Assembly (NCBI RefSeq): GCF_004010195.1
Contig: NC_057750.1
Span: 16,136,550 to 16,200,549, forward strand
Direction: 5' to 3'
DNA length: 64,000 nt
Origin: Chiloscyllium plagiosum
Taxonomy: Eukaryota
Made by a program: the position numbers and the translations under genes. The notes below the pieces were generated by a model that was given only the letters and a program-made list of their open reading frames with translations, made no database searches and had not been told where the DNA came from. Below, one piece after another: positions 27,762 through 41,054 of this stretch (within the stretch, counting starts at the first letter, position 1; each line of letters begins with the position of its first letter).

Positions 27762-28964
27762 GTATGTAACATTACAGTTGTACTGAATGTTGGTTTTGAA
27801 ATTTGAGATAAAGATTTAAGCACACTTTTAACACAAGGCAATCCAGAGAGAAAGTTTGGAGTCTGAAATATTCAGTTCATTAGTCTGGCTTCTGAAGTGA
27901 ACAAAGAATCACAACCACAGAGCCACAATAGTAAAACATTATTGTGTCAAAGTTGCCAGCAACCCAGCAAAATATTCTAGTCACCTGGAAGTGAGTAGTT
28001 AATGGAGCAATTGCCCTAATATCATTCTGGAAATAGGATAGAGTGGGATGCATGTAGGAATGTAAAAACCTCTGTGATATGAAACTACTGTGTGCCTGTT
28101 GAAAGTGGGAGTGAATTTTCTTTCTTGCAGGTGAGTTTTAATGTCAGTCGTGCTCATGCCATATCAGGGTTGGTAATTCTTTCACTGCATGTGGGGGTCA
28201 CAGGCAAAGCTAGCATTTAGTACCTTTCCCTAATTGTCCAATGAAGGTTGTGGCCAGTCAGCTTCTTGAACTGCTGCAATCCATCTTGTTTGACATAACT
28301 AAATGGCTTGCTGCCTACCTCAGAGGACAGTTAAGATTCAAACACATAGTTGTGGATTTGGAATCACACAAAAGCCAGACCAGATAGGAACAGCTGACTT
28401 CCTTCCCAAACGACAGTAGTAATCCGGATGAATTTTCACTGCAGTTGGTATTAGTTTCACAGTTAGTATCTTTTACGTAGCAAGTTTTGATCAATTAAAT
28501 TTAAATTCCATCAGCTGCTGTCATGGGATTTGAACTTGTCTCCCCAGGGCAATTGTGAGAGAGTGCAGATTAGTCATGGCATTAACATAACACTACCATT
28601 CCCCCAAATATGGGATATTCAGTGCAGGCTCCTTCTAACTGGTCAAAGATGAGCAGTTTTGAACTTGCAGGACCAAATATCTCTCAAAAGATATTGGATT
28701 GTAGAATTGTGCTTACTATTTGCATTCTTTATTGTCTGTTCAGCTGAGCCATCGGGTGAAAAGACATGTTGAAATTTGCTACAGCTTTAGTTGCACCAAA
28801 TATTAACTGAGTGAAAGAACTGTTTGTTGGGTTCAATTACTGCACTGACCATTGTGTGGGCAAATCTTTAGAGAAAATGGGAAAACTTTTATGGTTCAGG
28901 ACGGGAATGTAAACTTTTAATGCTTTGTAGTTTTGAAGGAATGTTAAATCTTTTTTTCCTGCAG

Positions 28965-29060
28965 GGTGGCCTTTGCTCTGTGTATCTGTCTGACACTGAC
29001 AAAGTAGTCAGCATCTCAAGTGAACATCTTGAACCTGTCACCCCTATGAAAAGTGATAAG
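28965..29060 (+). CDS. SUPT5H: SPT5 penultimate coding exon ([32 protein letters not shown])
   Basis: cctgcag| and |gtaaga; 96 nt. Confidence 0.95.
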
Positions 29061-29130
29061 GTAAGATCCAACTTGCTGCTAACCACCTGTGCCTGAGTTG
29101 CTGCAGAAACTCCTTTTGATCTTCTACAAT

Positions 29131-29467
29131 ATTAGATTAGATTAGATTACTTTTTTAGATTAGATTACTTACAGTGGGGAAACAGGCCCTTCGGCCCAAC
29201 AAGTCCACACCGACCCGCCGAAGCGTAACCCACCCATACCCCTACATTTACCCCTTACCTAACACTACGGGCAATTTAGCATGGCCAATTCACCTGACCT
29301 GCACATCTTTTGGACTGTGGGAGGAAACCGGAGCGCCCGGAGGAAACCCACGCAGACACGGGGAGAACGTGCAAACTCCACACAGTCAGTCGGCTGAGGC
29401 AGGAATTGAACCCGGGTCTCTGGCAATGTGAGGCAGCAGTGCTAACCACTGTGCCACCGTGCCGCCC
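29131..29467 (-). mobile_element. Young tRNA-derived SINE (HE1-like)
   Basis: On minus strand: A box TGGCACAGTGG, B box GGTTCAATTCC, (TAATC)n tail; near-identical to copies at 41055, 60215, 61661. Confidence 0.9.
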
Positions 29468-29579
29468 AATTTTAATATATAAAATTGTCTGTTATAATCT
29501 TTGTTTCCCCATTTCTCATGAAGCTCAACATCCATATTCTGATCAGTCACAAAAAGCCTTGGAAAAGATCAATAAAATT

Positions 29580-29915
29580 GGGGCGGCAAATGACTCAGTG
29601 GTTAGCACTGTCTCACAGTGCCAAGGATCTGGGTTCTGTTCCAGCCGCAGACGACTGTTTGTGTGGACTTTGCACATTCTCTCCATGCCTACGTGGGTTT
29701 CCTCCAGTTTCTTCTCTCAGTCTAAAGATTGTTCGATGGATTGGCAATGCAAAATTGTCCGTCGTGTCCAGGGATGTGTAAGTTAGGTGGATTAGCCATG
29801 GGGAATGCAGTGTTATAGGGAAGGGTTGAGTCTGGGTGGGATTCTCTTTGGAGGGTTAGTGTGGAGTTGATCAGCCAAATAGCCTGCTTCCATACTGTAG
29901 GGATTCTATGATTCT
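29580..29915 (+). mobile_element. Older copy of the same SINE superfamily, head-to-head with 29131-29467
   Basis: ggggcggc...cagtggttagcactg head; ttccatactgtagggattctatgattct tail. Confidence 0.8.
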
Positions 29916-30089
29916 AAAAGTCTGTTTTGACTCAAAAGTTTGCAATAATTTGAAAGATAATGAATTGGCAATGCACTATTCTCTTTTTTAATTGATATGT
30001 TGTTTTTTTTTCCAAAAGAGCCTTAATGAAAGGGACACTGGATGATGCTGTGGGTTTAGGCACAAAACATTCACTTATGGTATTTTACA

Positions 30090-30945
30090 ATCATAATCAT
30101 TGAGTCATACAGCATGGAAAGAGACCCTTTGATCCAACTCACCAATGACAACCAAGTTTCCCAAACCACACTAGTCACACTTGCCTGTCTTTGGCCCATG
30201 TCCCTCCCAAACTTTCCTATTCACATACGTGTTCAAGTTGTAATTGAACCAGCGTATACCGCTTCCTCTGATGGTTCATTTTACAAAAGAATCACCCTGT
30301 GGAAAAAGTTGTCCCTTGGGTCCCTTTTATAAATCTTCCTCCTCTCACCTTAAAATATGCCCCCCTCATTTTGAACTCTCCCCACCCTAGGGAAAAGACC
30401 TTTGCTATTCACCTTCTCTATGCCCCTGTTGATTTTGTAAACCTCTATAATGTCACCCCTCAACCTCCTACGCTCAAGTGAAAAATGTTCCAGCCTTTCC
30501 CTATAACTCAAACTCTCCAGTTCCAGCAACATCCTGGTAAATCTTTTCTGAACCCTCTCCAGTTACAGCAGGGCAACTGTACACCAAAGGAGGCTTCATC
30601 AGTGCCTTGCACAACCTCAACATGAGATCCCAACTCCTATACTCAGTAGGCAAATGTGAGGACTGCAGATGCTGGATCCTGATGAAGGGCTTTTGATCGA
30701 AACATCGATTTTCCTGCTCCTCAGATGCTTCCTGACTTGTGCTTTTCCAGCACCACTCTAATCTAGACTCCAAAACTCAGTAGTCTAAGCAAGCATGCTA
30801 ATCACCTTCTTAATGACCCTGTGTACCTGTGACACAATTTTCAAAGAACTATCTACCTGAAGTCCTTGGTCTCTCTGTTCAATAACACTTAACTGTGTAA
30901 GTCCTGCCCATGTTCACTTTTCCAAAATGCAATATCTCGCATTAT
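30090..30945 (-). mobile_element. CR1 LINE 3' fragment containing a P1 element (30650-30766)
   Basis: ORF 30350..30532 CR1 C-terminus; P1 insert flanked by actcagtag (30641-30649 / 30775-30783) with CTGATGA at 30679. Confidence 0.8.
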
Positions 30946-31476
30946 TTTGGTCAAACTAAGCTCAGATCAATGGCGATGAACGCTTCCTCTTTCACCTTGC
31001 TGTAAGAGTTGGACATTAAACAGTTTCTCCTGGCTCAATTAATGTGGATGCAGTTTGTTAGAAAACAGCTAGCCTTAATTAGATTTTAATTGTTAAAACT
31101 TTGGAAGAACAAGAACTTAATTGAATGGGTAAAGAGAATAGTTTTTTTTGAGTTTGTTGTTGCAAATGAGTCAAAGAAATGTGTACTCTGCATCAAACCA
31201 AACATGGAAGTTCGAAATTGTTGAAATATCCTACTGCTCAGCATTAACACCACTGAAACTCCAAGCAAGAAATTCATAAAAATATTATTCATGCAAATAA
31301 ATGCTGATATTAGATTGATATTTTATGGGAAAAATCATATATTGTGTGTATAAAAAAAACAACACCGCACAGGAGCAGGCCCTTGGATCCACCAAGCCTG
31401 TGCTGATTTCTAATCCTTATTTAAGCCTGTTTATTGCCCATGCATGGTTTCTATCCCTCTGTTTGCCTCCCATTTA

Positions 31477-32429
31477 CAGAAGAAACTCGATTATCCAAAT
31501 ACCAATTATCCGAAAATCGGATTATTCAAAGGAGATCTCGAAGTCCCGATGGAAATATTACTTCAAAGATGTGTTTCCAACAATGATCGCGTCTTTTGTT
31601 TACAGTGGTTAAACAGGCACTGTCTCCAAATGACTGAACTCCTGCCCTCTCTCTTCCCCCCACACTTTCCCTAGAGTTCTACACGGGGGTGTACCCTAAC
31701 CCCACCACCCTTCCCCAGATATTCTCTCCAACATTGTCCTGTACAGGGCAAAGGTGGGACCTGTCAAAATGTTGGAGTAAAAAGTTATGTCTGTGGGTCA
31801 GGCAGTCCAGAACTAGAGGGCATAAGTTTAGGGTGAGAGGGGAAAGATATAAAAGAGACCTACTTTTTCACACGGTGAGTGGTATGTGTATGGAATGAGC
31901 TGCCAGAGGAAGTGGTGGAGGCTGGTACAATTGCAACATTTAAGAGGCATTTGGATGGATATATGAGTAGGAAGGGTTTGGAGGCATATGGGCCGGGTGC
32001 TGGCAGGTGGGACTAGATTGGGTTGGAGGATCTGGTCGGCATGGACAAATAGGACCGAAGGGTCTGTTTCCATGCTGTACATCTCTATGACTCTGTGTGT
32101 GTGCGCGCGCGCGTGCGCACGCGTTGTTTGGAGACTTACCCCACAAAGGCAACTGCAACAGTATGGTTGTTGGTGTCCAGTCCAGCTGCCCCAGAGAGGG
32201 GCTGAGTGGCTACGGAGGTGGGTGAGGCGGTGTTGGGCGGGAGCGAGAATGGGTTCGGAGTTGGGGGTGGGGCCTTGTGCACTGTGTGCTGCTGCAGTCT
32301 CCTGAATAGGGAGTAGACTTTAAAATCTCTGGCCCCCAGAGGAAAGGCATTTGATCAATTAACTGAATAATCGATTATTCGAATGAAATAGTGCCCGCCC
32401 ATCAAATCCAGATAACCGAGGTTCTCCTG
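31477..32429. mobile_element. Non-autonomous Tc1/mariner (Tigger/pogo-like) DNA transposon / MITE
   Basis: Imperfect TIRs CAGAAGAAACTCGATTATCC / reverse complement CAGGAGAACCTCGGTTATCT; TA on both sides (31475-76, 32430-31); contains a CR1 3' fragment at about 31795-32095. Confidence 0.8.
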
Positions 32430-34654
32430 TACATATCTATCAAGATACGCCTTAAACATTGCTAACATGCCTGCTTCCAATACGTCCACTGCCTGTGCGT
32501 TCCAGACACCCACCACCCTCTTGTGAAAAATTCTTCCTGTACGTTTCCCCATAACTTTCTCCCTCTCACCTTGAACCTGTGTACTCTTGTAGTTGACCTT
32601 TCCAACCTGGGAGAAAGTCTCTGACTATCCACCCTATCTATGCTTCTCATAATTTTGTAGACCTCAGCCTCCATTTTTCCAGTGAAAACAATCCAAGTTT
32701 ATCCAACCTCTCCTTGTAACTAAAACCCTTCAGACCATGCAATATCCTGATAAACCTTCTGCGCATCCTCTCCAAAGCCTCCATGTCCTTCTGGTAGTTT
32801 GGCTACCAGAACTGTATGCAATATTCCAAATGTGGCCTAACTAAAGTTTTATACATAATTTGCCAACTTATTCACTGTCCAGCTGATGGAGACAAGCATG
32901 CTGTGTATGAATTCTTGACCACCTTATCCACTTGTGTTGCCACTTTCAGGGATCTGTAGACCTGTATGGCCAGATCCCTCACTATGTCAGTGCACCTCAG
33001 GGTTCGGCTATTTATTGTATAATTTGCATCTGAATTTGACCTTCCAAAATGCATGACCTCTATCTGTCATTTCTTTGCCCAAATATGCTGTCTATTTAAA
33101 TCCCACTCTCAATCCTCCTCACTATCTGTAACTCCCCAGTTTTGGTGTTGTCTGTAAATTTACTAATCAGATCACCTACATTTGCTTCCAGATCATTTAA
33201 TATAAATTATAAACAACAAGGCTCCCAGCATTAATCCCTTCAGTAATCCATTAGTTACTGATCTCCATTCTGAAAAACATCCTTCCACGAAAACTCTTTG
33301 CCTTCTATGACCAAGCCAGTTTTGTATCCATCTAGCTAGCTCACCCGGATCTCATGAGACACTACCTTTCATACTTGCCTGCTATGAGGTACTTTATCAA
33401 CTGCCTTACTAAAGTCCATGTTTACAACACCCACTCACTGCCCTTCTCTCCTCAATCATTCTTGTCACCTCTCAAGACTCAAGCAGATTGGTGAGACATG
33501 ACCTTCCGTCCACACACCCACGCTGCCTATCACTAACAAGTCCATTTGCTTCCAAATGTGAATAAATTATGTGTCTCGGTATCTTCTCCAACAGCTTCCC
33601 CACTACTGATGTATGGCTCACCGGTCTGTAATTACCTGGATTATTTCTGTTTCCCTTCTTAAAGAAAGGAACAACATTGGCCATTCTCCAGTCTTCTGAA
33701 ACCTCACCTGAGGCCAAAGAGGATGCAAAGATATCTATTAAGGGCCCAGCTCTTTCCTCCCTTGCTTCCCACCTGATCCTGAGATAGATCTCATCTCGGG
33801 ACGTGTCTACCTTAATACATTTCAAGACACCCAACACTTGCTCCTTCATTATGTTGACTGACTGAGAGTATTCACACATGTTCTCCTAACCTCAACATCC
33901 TTCGTGTCCCTCTCTTTGGTGAATACCAATGTAAAGTATTCATTAAGGATCTCACCCACTTCCACACACAACCTCCCTCCTTTATCCTTGAGTGAGCCTA
34001 CTCTTTACCTAGCTATCCTTTTGCTCATAATATATGTATAAAATGCTTTAGGATTCTCCTTACCCCTGCTGACAAAAAAAATTTCATAGTCCCTGCCTAA
34101 CTCCCCATTTAAACTCCTTCCTAATTTTTCTATATTCTTCAAGGATTTCATCTGTTTTTAGTTGCCTCGGGCATAGGTACACTTGCTTTTTTTTGAATAG
34201 GCTGATAATTTCCCTGTCATCCAAGGTTCCCAAGTCCCGCCATTCCTTTCCTTAATTTTCACAGGAACATGCCTGTCCTGCACACTAATCAATTGTCTTT
34301 AAAAGAAATGTCAGATGTGGTTTTATCCTCAAATAGTTGCTCCCAATCCACATTCCCCGATTCTTGGCTAGTTCGGTTATAGTTGGCCTTCCCCCACCTT
34401 CATCCAACATCCGCTGATGTCTTTATCTATAAGCATCCAAAGGTTTACAGAATTATGGTCACTATTCTCAAAATGCTTCCCCACTGAAACATTGATCACC
34501 TGACCAGGCCCATTTCCCAATACCAGGTCCAACACAACATCTCCCCCGCTGGACTATTCGCATACTGTTTCAACAAAACCCTCCTAGATATACTTAACAA
34601 ATTGCTCCCCATCCAAAATCCCAGCACTAAGGGAGTCCCAGTCAGTATGTAAGT

Positions 34655-36225
34655 AATATTAGACTAGACGGGATTGTGGTTCATGAGGAGCTGTTAGCAA
34701 TTCTGGAAAGTGTGAAAATAGCTAAGTCCCTGAAGCTGGGTGGGATTTACACTAGGATTCTCTGGGAAGCTAGGGAGGAGATTGCAGAGCCTTTCGCTTT
34801 GATCTTTGTCATCATTATCTACAGAAATAGTGCCAGAAGACTGGAGGATAGCAATTATTGTCCCCTTGCTCAAGAAGAGGAGTAGAGACATCCCTGGTAA
34901 TTATAGACCAGTGAGCCTTACTTCAGTTGTAGGTAAAGTGTTGGAAAGGATTATGAGAGGATTTATAATCACCTAGAAAGGAATAATTTGATTAGAGATA
35001 GTCAACACAGTTTTGAAAAGGGTAGGTCATGCCTCATAAACTCTATTGAGTTCTTTGAGATGGTGACCAAACAGGTGGATGAGGGTAAAGCGGTTGATGT
35101 GGTGTATATGGATTTCAGTAAAGCTTTTGATAAGCTTCCCCACGGTATGCTATTGCAGAAAATAGAGGCATGGGATTGAGGGTGATTTAGCAGTTTGGAT
35201 CAGAAATTGGTTAGCTGACAGAAGACAGAGGGTGGTGGTTGGTGGGAAATGTTCGTCCTGGAGTTCAGTTACTAGTGGCGTACCGTTTTGGGGCTACTGC
35301 TGCTTGTCACTTTTATAAATGACCTGGACCAGGGCTTAGAAGGATGGGTTAGTAAACTTACTGATGATACTAAATTCAGTGGAGTCGTGGACAGTGCAGA
35401 AGAATGTTGCAGGTTATAGAGGGACACAGATAAGCTGCAGAGCTGGGTTGAGAGGTGGAAAATGGAGTTTAATGTGGAAAAGTGTGAGGTGATTCACTTT
35501 GGAAGGAGTAACAGAGTACTAGCCTAATGGTAAGATTCTTGGCAGTGTGGATGAGCAGAGAGATCTTGGTGTCCATGTGCATAGATCCCTGAAAATTGCC
35601 GCCCAGGTTGATAGGGTTCTTAAAAAGGCGTAAGGTGTGTCAGCTTTTATTGGTAGAGAGATTGAGTTTCGGAGCCATTAGGTCATGTTGCAACTGTACA
35701 AAACTCTGGTGCGGCTGCACTTGGAGTATTGCATACAGTTCTAGTCGCCGCATTATAGGAAAGATGTGGAAACACTGGAAAGAGTGCAGAGGAGATTTAC
35801 CAAGATGTTGCCTGGTATGGAGGGAAGGTCTCATGAGGAAAGGCTGCGGGACTTGAGGCTGCTTTCGTTGGAGAGGAAAAGGTTGTAAGAGGTGACTTAA
35901 TAGAGGCATACAAGATGATCAGAGGTTTAGATAGGATGGACAGTGAGAGCCTTTTTTCTCGGATGGTGATGACTACCATGAGGGAACATAGCTTTAAATT
36001 GAGGGGTGATAGATATAGGACAGATGTCAGAGGTAGGTTCATTACTCAGAGAGTAGTAAGGGTGTGGAATGCCCTGAGTAGTAGACTTGCCAATCTTAAA
36101 GGCATTTAAATGGTCATTGGATAAGTATATGGATGATGATGGAATAGTGTAGGTTAGATTGGCTTCAGATTTGTTTCACAGGTCGGTGCAACATCGAAGG
36201 CTGAAAGGGCCTGTCGTGCACTGTA
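34655..36225 (+). mobile_element. CR1 LINE (RT region to 3' end) inserted in the minus-strand CR1
   Basis: ORFs 34676..36109 (VDVVYMDFSKAFDK etc.); 3' end gggcctgtcgtgcactgtaatg. Confidence 0.9.
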
Positions 36226-36916
36226 ATGACAGCATTGTGATTGCACCCTTCCTTTTCCTGAGCTCTGCTCATAATGTCTCACTGCATGATCCCTCCAGGA
36301 TGTCCTGAACACAGCTGTGAATATGCTCCCTGACCAGTAATGCAACTCCCAAACCTCTTTTGCTTCATCTGTTTTGTCTAAAACATCAACATAGCGAATA
36401 TTACGCTGACAGCTGCTGTCCCTCATTCAACTATGTCTGTATGATAGCAACAACATCATAATTGCATGCATTAATCCAGGCTCTATGTTCATTCATCTTG
36501 TCTGTTATATTTCTTGCATTGAAGCAAATACAGTCCAAGCTTCCAGTTCTGCTAAGCTCAGCAATCTCTTCCCCGACTACTTGTGCTCTTACTTATATTT
36601 GCCTTAGTCTCAAGCTCTTCCCCGGTATCTATATTTGCTGATCTATTGTTTAAACCTTCCTGAGTGACACTATACTCCCTCCAGGATATTGGTGCCCCTC
36701 CAGTTTAGATCCCCCTTGTACAGGTTCCACATTCCCTGGAAGATATCCCAATGATCCACATAACTGAAGCCCTTCCTCTTACCCCAGCAGTTTAGCCACG
36801 TATTCAATTGTTTTCTGCCTCAGTTCTTAGCCTCAGTAGTGCATGGGGAGTAATGCTGAGATTATTACCCTGAAGGTTCTGCTTTTCAGTTTACTATTTA
36901 ACGCCCTGAATTGTTG

Positions 36917-37595
36917 ATAAGACCATAAGACATAGTGCGGAAGTAAGGCCATTCGGCACATGGAGTCCATTCCACCATTCAATCATGGCTGATGGGCATT
37001 TCAACTCCACTTACTCGCATTTTCCCCGTAGCCCTTAATTCCTTGTGACATCAAGAATTTATCAATTTCTGCCTTGAAGACATTAAGCGTTCCAGCCTCC
37101 ACCACTCTGTGGCAATGAATTCCACAGGCCCACCACTCTCTGGCTGAAGAAATGTCTCCGCATTTCTGTTCTGAATTTACCCCCTCTAATTCTAAGGCTG
37201 TGTCCACAGGTCCTAGTCTCCTCGTCTAACGGAAATAATTTCCTAGCGTCCACCCTTTCCAAGCCATGTATTATCTTGTAAGTTTCTATTAAACCTCCCC
37301 TTAATCTTCTAAACTCCAATGAATACGATCCCAGGATCCTCAGCCGTTCCTCGTATGTTAGACCTACCATTCCAGGGATCATCCGTGTGAATCTCCGCTG
37401 GACATGCTCCAGTGCCAGTATGTCCTTCCTGAGGTGTGGGGACCAAAGCTGGACACAGTACTCCAAATGGGGCCTAACCAAATCTTTATAAAGTCTCAGT
37501 AGCACAACGGTGCTTTTATATTCCAACCCTCTTAAGATAAATGACAACATTGCATTCGCTTTCTTAATCACGGACTCAACCTGAATGTTTACCTG
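36917..37595 (-). mobile_element. Young CR1-type LINE 3' fragment
   Basis: Open 162-aa ORF 37083..37571 (LVRPHLEYCVQLWSPHLRKDILALEHVQRRFTRMIPG); ataagaccataagacatag tail. Confidence 0.92.
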
Positions 37596-38754
37596 TAGAA
37601 CCTTGTCACTGTTCCTACTTATGTCATTTATGCCAATATGGATAATGACTTCTGTTTGTTTTATCTTTCTGTTGTTTTATCTTCCTGTTTCAGGATGCTC
37701 TGTATCTGCTCAGAGACATCCATGACCCTGGCACCAGGGAGGAACATAGCATCCTGGAATGTCTCTCGCAGCCACAGAAGAACTTGTCTGTGCCCCTGAC
37801 CATTGAATCTCCAATTACTATTGCTCTACTATGCTTTGTCCCCTTCTCTGTACAGCAGAGCCAGTCGTGGTGTCACTGCTCTGTGCTGCTGCTGTTACCT
37901 ACAAGGCCATCCCCCTCATCTGTATCCAAAATGGAATGCTTGTTCGACAGGGGGCAGCTGCAGGTATATCCAGCACTGACTGCCTGCTCAGTCTAGTGGT
38001 ACATAAGTCAGTTGATTCAGTGATTCAGTTTCACTAATGTAAGCGTATTAATTTGAGAATAGTTTATAAATATATAAACCTGCTGAAAACCTTTGGTATT
38101 TCTTTTCAAAAACTGTTTGCTTTGAAGCATATTGCATTACCTGGATAACTTTATTATTGGCTGGGTTCTGGTGGGGGTAGGTTGTGTGGTCTTGTCTAGT
38201 GTAATATAATTAGTCAGCTGATAGTCTTCTGGATCACTTATCATGCAGGAACAGATACCTATAACTGGCCCTTCAGTTTAAAAACAAAAACAAAACAAAT
38301 TGTACTGCCCTTTTATTACTAATTTTAATGGTTTCCTTCTTTCCTTCTGCAATTTAACAAGTTGTGAAACAGATTACAACTGAACACTTTTGTCCACAAT
38401 TGAGTGAGTTATGTGTCAGTCAATGAGAGGGTAAATCATGGAGTAAATGAGTTTGATTAGTGATGACTATGTTATCTTGATCTGACTTTCATGACTGTGG
38501 GGAGAGGTTGAGGAGTACATTGCCCATTATGTTGGCTTCAGGGTGCACAGGCTGTGTGTGCTTTGCTGGCGAGGGCAGCATTTATTGTCAGACAGTTAAC
38601 TCCAGATCCACAGCAATGTGGATGACTTATGTGTAGGCCAGACCAGGTAAGGATGATAAATTTCCTTCCACAAAGGACATTGGTGAACCAGACAGGATTT
38701 TATAGCAATTGACAGTGGTTACATTGTCACCATTAAGCAAACATTTCAGTAACA

Positions 38755-39195
38755 GGATTTGAGCTATAGGGAGAGGCTGAATAGGCTGGGGTTGTTTTCC
38801 CTGGAGCTTTGGAGGCTGAGAGGTGATCTTATAGAGGTTTATAAAATCATGAGGGGCATGGATAGGGTGAATACACAAGGTCTTTTCCCTGGAATGGGGG
38901 AGTTCAGAACTAGAGGGCATAGGTTTAGAGTGAGAGGAGAAAAATTTAAGAGACTGAAGAGGCAGCTTTTTCACAGAGGGTGGTGCGTGTATGGAATGGA
39001 CTGCCAGAGGAACTGGTGGAGACTGGTACAATTACATTTAAAAGGCATTTGGATGGGTATATGAATAGGAAGGGTTTAGAGGGATATGGGCCAAGTGCTG
39101 GTAAATAGGACTAGATTCGGTTAGGATATTTGGTTGGCATGGACAGGTTGGACCGAAGGGTCTGTTTCCATCCTGTACATCTCAATGATGCTATA
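38755..39195 (+). mobile_element. CR1 LINE 3' fragment inserted in an old SINE
   Basis: ORF 38759..39064; same family as 5100-5600. Confidence 0.9.
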
Positions 39196-39751
39196 ACATA
39201 TTTTTAAAATTGAATTCAAATTTCATCATCTGCTATGGTGGGATTTGAACCCAAGCTTCAGAATATTTGCCTCGATTTCTGGATTATTAGTCAGTAATGT
39301 TATCGCTCCACCACTGCTTCCCCACATAAATCTTGCATTGTATTTCTGTGAGGGTCACAAAGCTTTTTCTAAATATCTTTTAATGTATTAAACTTGTATT
39401 CTTAGCAAGGCCTTAGAAAGAAAGAGCTTACATTTAAAGAGCACATGTTATATATGTGGAATTGGGTATAAGAAGCTCATGATTAAAATTTGAGAGAAAA
39501 ACATAAAATATTTTATGTTCTTCTCAACTCCTGTGGTAGTTCAGAATCTTAATGCAATCTTATTGGGAAGACACTCAGCTCTAAGATTGTCATGTCTGCT
39601 TGTGTGGACCTGTTATCCACTTTGATGCCCTCCAACTGGTTACAGAGTGCTAGATTGGGTTCCGGAGCTGTGAAGCTTTGTACTTTGTACTAATTAAAGA
39701 AATAGAAAGCTGCAGATATTTCAACTGTGTAAAACATTTTTTTGTCTGTAG

Positions 39752-39943
39752 GTGAAGGTGATTCTAGGTGAAGATCGGGAAGCCACAGGTATGCTGCTCA
39801 GTATTGATGGTGAGGATGGAATTGTTCGAATGGAACTGGATGACCAGCTGAAGATTCTCAACCTGAGGTTTCTTGGGATCCTCAGTGAAGAAGGGGCATT
39901 GAGTACAACACCCTCTGGCAAAGATGTATATAGTCGAAAGTAA
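39752..39943 (+). CDS. SUPT5H: SPT5 last coding exon, C-terminal KOW ([42 protein letters not shown]...YSRK*)
   Basis: ctgtag| acceptor; matches SPT5 C-terminus; TAA at 39941-39943. Confidence 0.93.
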   Translation: MKVILGEDREATGMLLSIDGEDGIVRMELDDQLKILNLRFLGILSEEGALSTTPSGKDVYSRK

Positions 39944-40707
39944 AATTCTTTTCTGTGAAGTTTTTCTTCAGATTTTTAGGTTTCCCTCTTGTGTTCTTGC
40001 TTTGATAATGTCTTGCTTGTTGTGGCCAGATGTTAGCAGTGGTTTGTTAAAAAGATTGAAAACAGCAACAACCAATTGTTTGAGCAAAAAACTGAATGTG
40101 GATTAATTTTACTACAAAAAGCAAAGATTTCTTTCCCCCCCTGTCAGTTGTTTGATGCATTTTGTAGGGTTCTTTTAATTTAAACACAACACAGAATGAT
40201 TTGTGTGTAAACAGGTAACTGAGTCTGTACATGTGATGTTGGAGGCAGTGAAAACTTTTGTAGCAATTGAATAGCACTCCTACGGTACGATACTGAAGGC
40301 TATTTTTATATTTAAAAAATTGTACAGATGTGAGAAGTCACATGGAAGAATATACTGCTTTGACAAAAATTACGGTAACTATTTTTTAAAAAAGCAGTGT
40401 GTAAGTTTGTATTATTGGAAACTTTTTAATTTGGCATTTCTTTTGAAAGCTTTTGAAGGATCCTTTGAAATTAATTTAGTACATAATATTCCATCTTCAC
40501 ACTTCAAACACAAATCTCCAAGTGCTTCAAACCGCATTAAGAATGAGTTGTTCCTTGTATCCACTTTCTTGACGTACTGTTTATTATTCCAGATCCCCTC
40601 TGATTGCATTAAGTTTCAGTCAAGATGACCAGTTTAAAAAATTGTACCATAGCTGGCCAGAATGTATTTAAGGACAGTGAGACCACTGAATAATCAGAAT
40701 TGGACTT

Positions 40708-40713
40708 ATTAAA
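40708..40713 (+). terminator. Candidate SUPT5H polyadenylation signal ATTAAA (alternatives AATAAA at 42339 and 43441)
   Basis: First poly(A)-type hexamer I found after the stop, followed by T/GT-rich sequence near 40800-40840; no transcript data. Confidence 0.3.
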
Positions 40714-41054
40714 GTAACTTGAAACTGAGAATGTACATCAGTTAGATTTGAATCCTCTACTTTTCAGTCTTTACATGAGTCAAAGGCAAAGGGCCTGGAA
40801 ATTTTTCTTTGTTGAATCTGTTGTTTCTTTTGCTTTTCTCTGGTTATGCTGGAGACTTGCGGTATGTTAAGAGTGAATGACGTGCAGTGACAGTGATCTG
40901 AAACCATCAGCCTCACCACATGTTATGCACTGGATGGACATTCTCTTGCCCACAAATATTAGAATGTAGGAGTGGTGTTATTTTGAAGATTCTTTGTTTC
41001 TAAGGCGAGTGCAGAATTTTCAGGTGTGTTAAGTTTCACTCAGGTGCCTATTTG

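Larger units (their letters stand above)
31355..38000 (-). mobile_element. Near full-length degenerate CR1 LINE (ORF1 esterase remnant, ORF2 EN/RT, 3' end) interrupted by at least four later insertions
   Basis: 3' end about 31355; RT pieces in ORFs 32462..33879; ORF1 AIVIGDSMVRGTDKFFCG...LPGARVMDVSEQ at about 37700-37825 (one frameshift). Confidence 0.7.
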
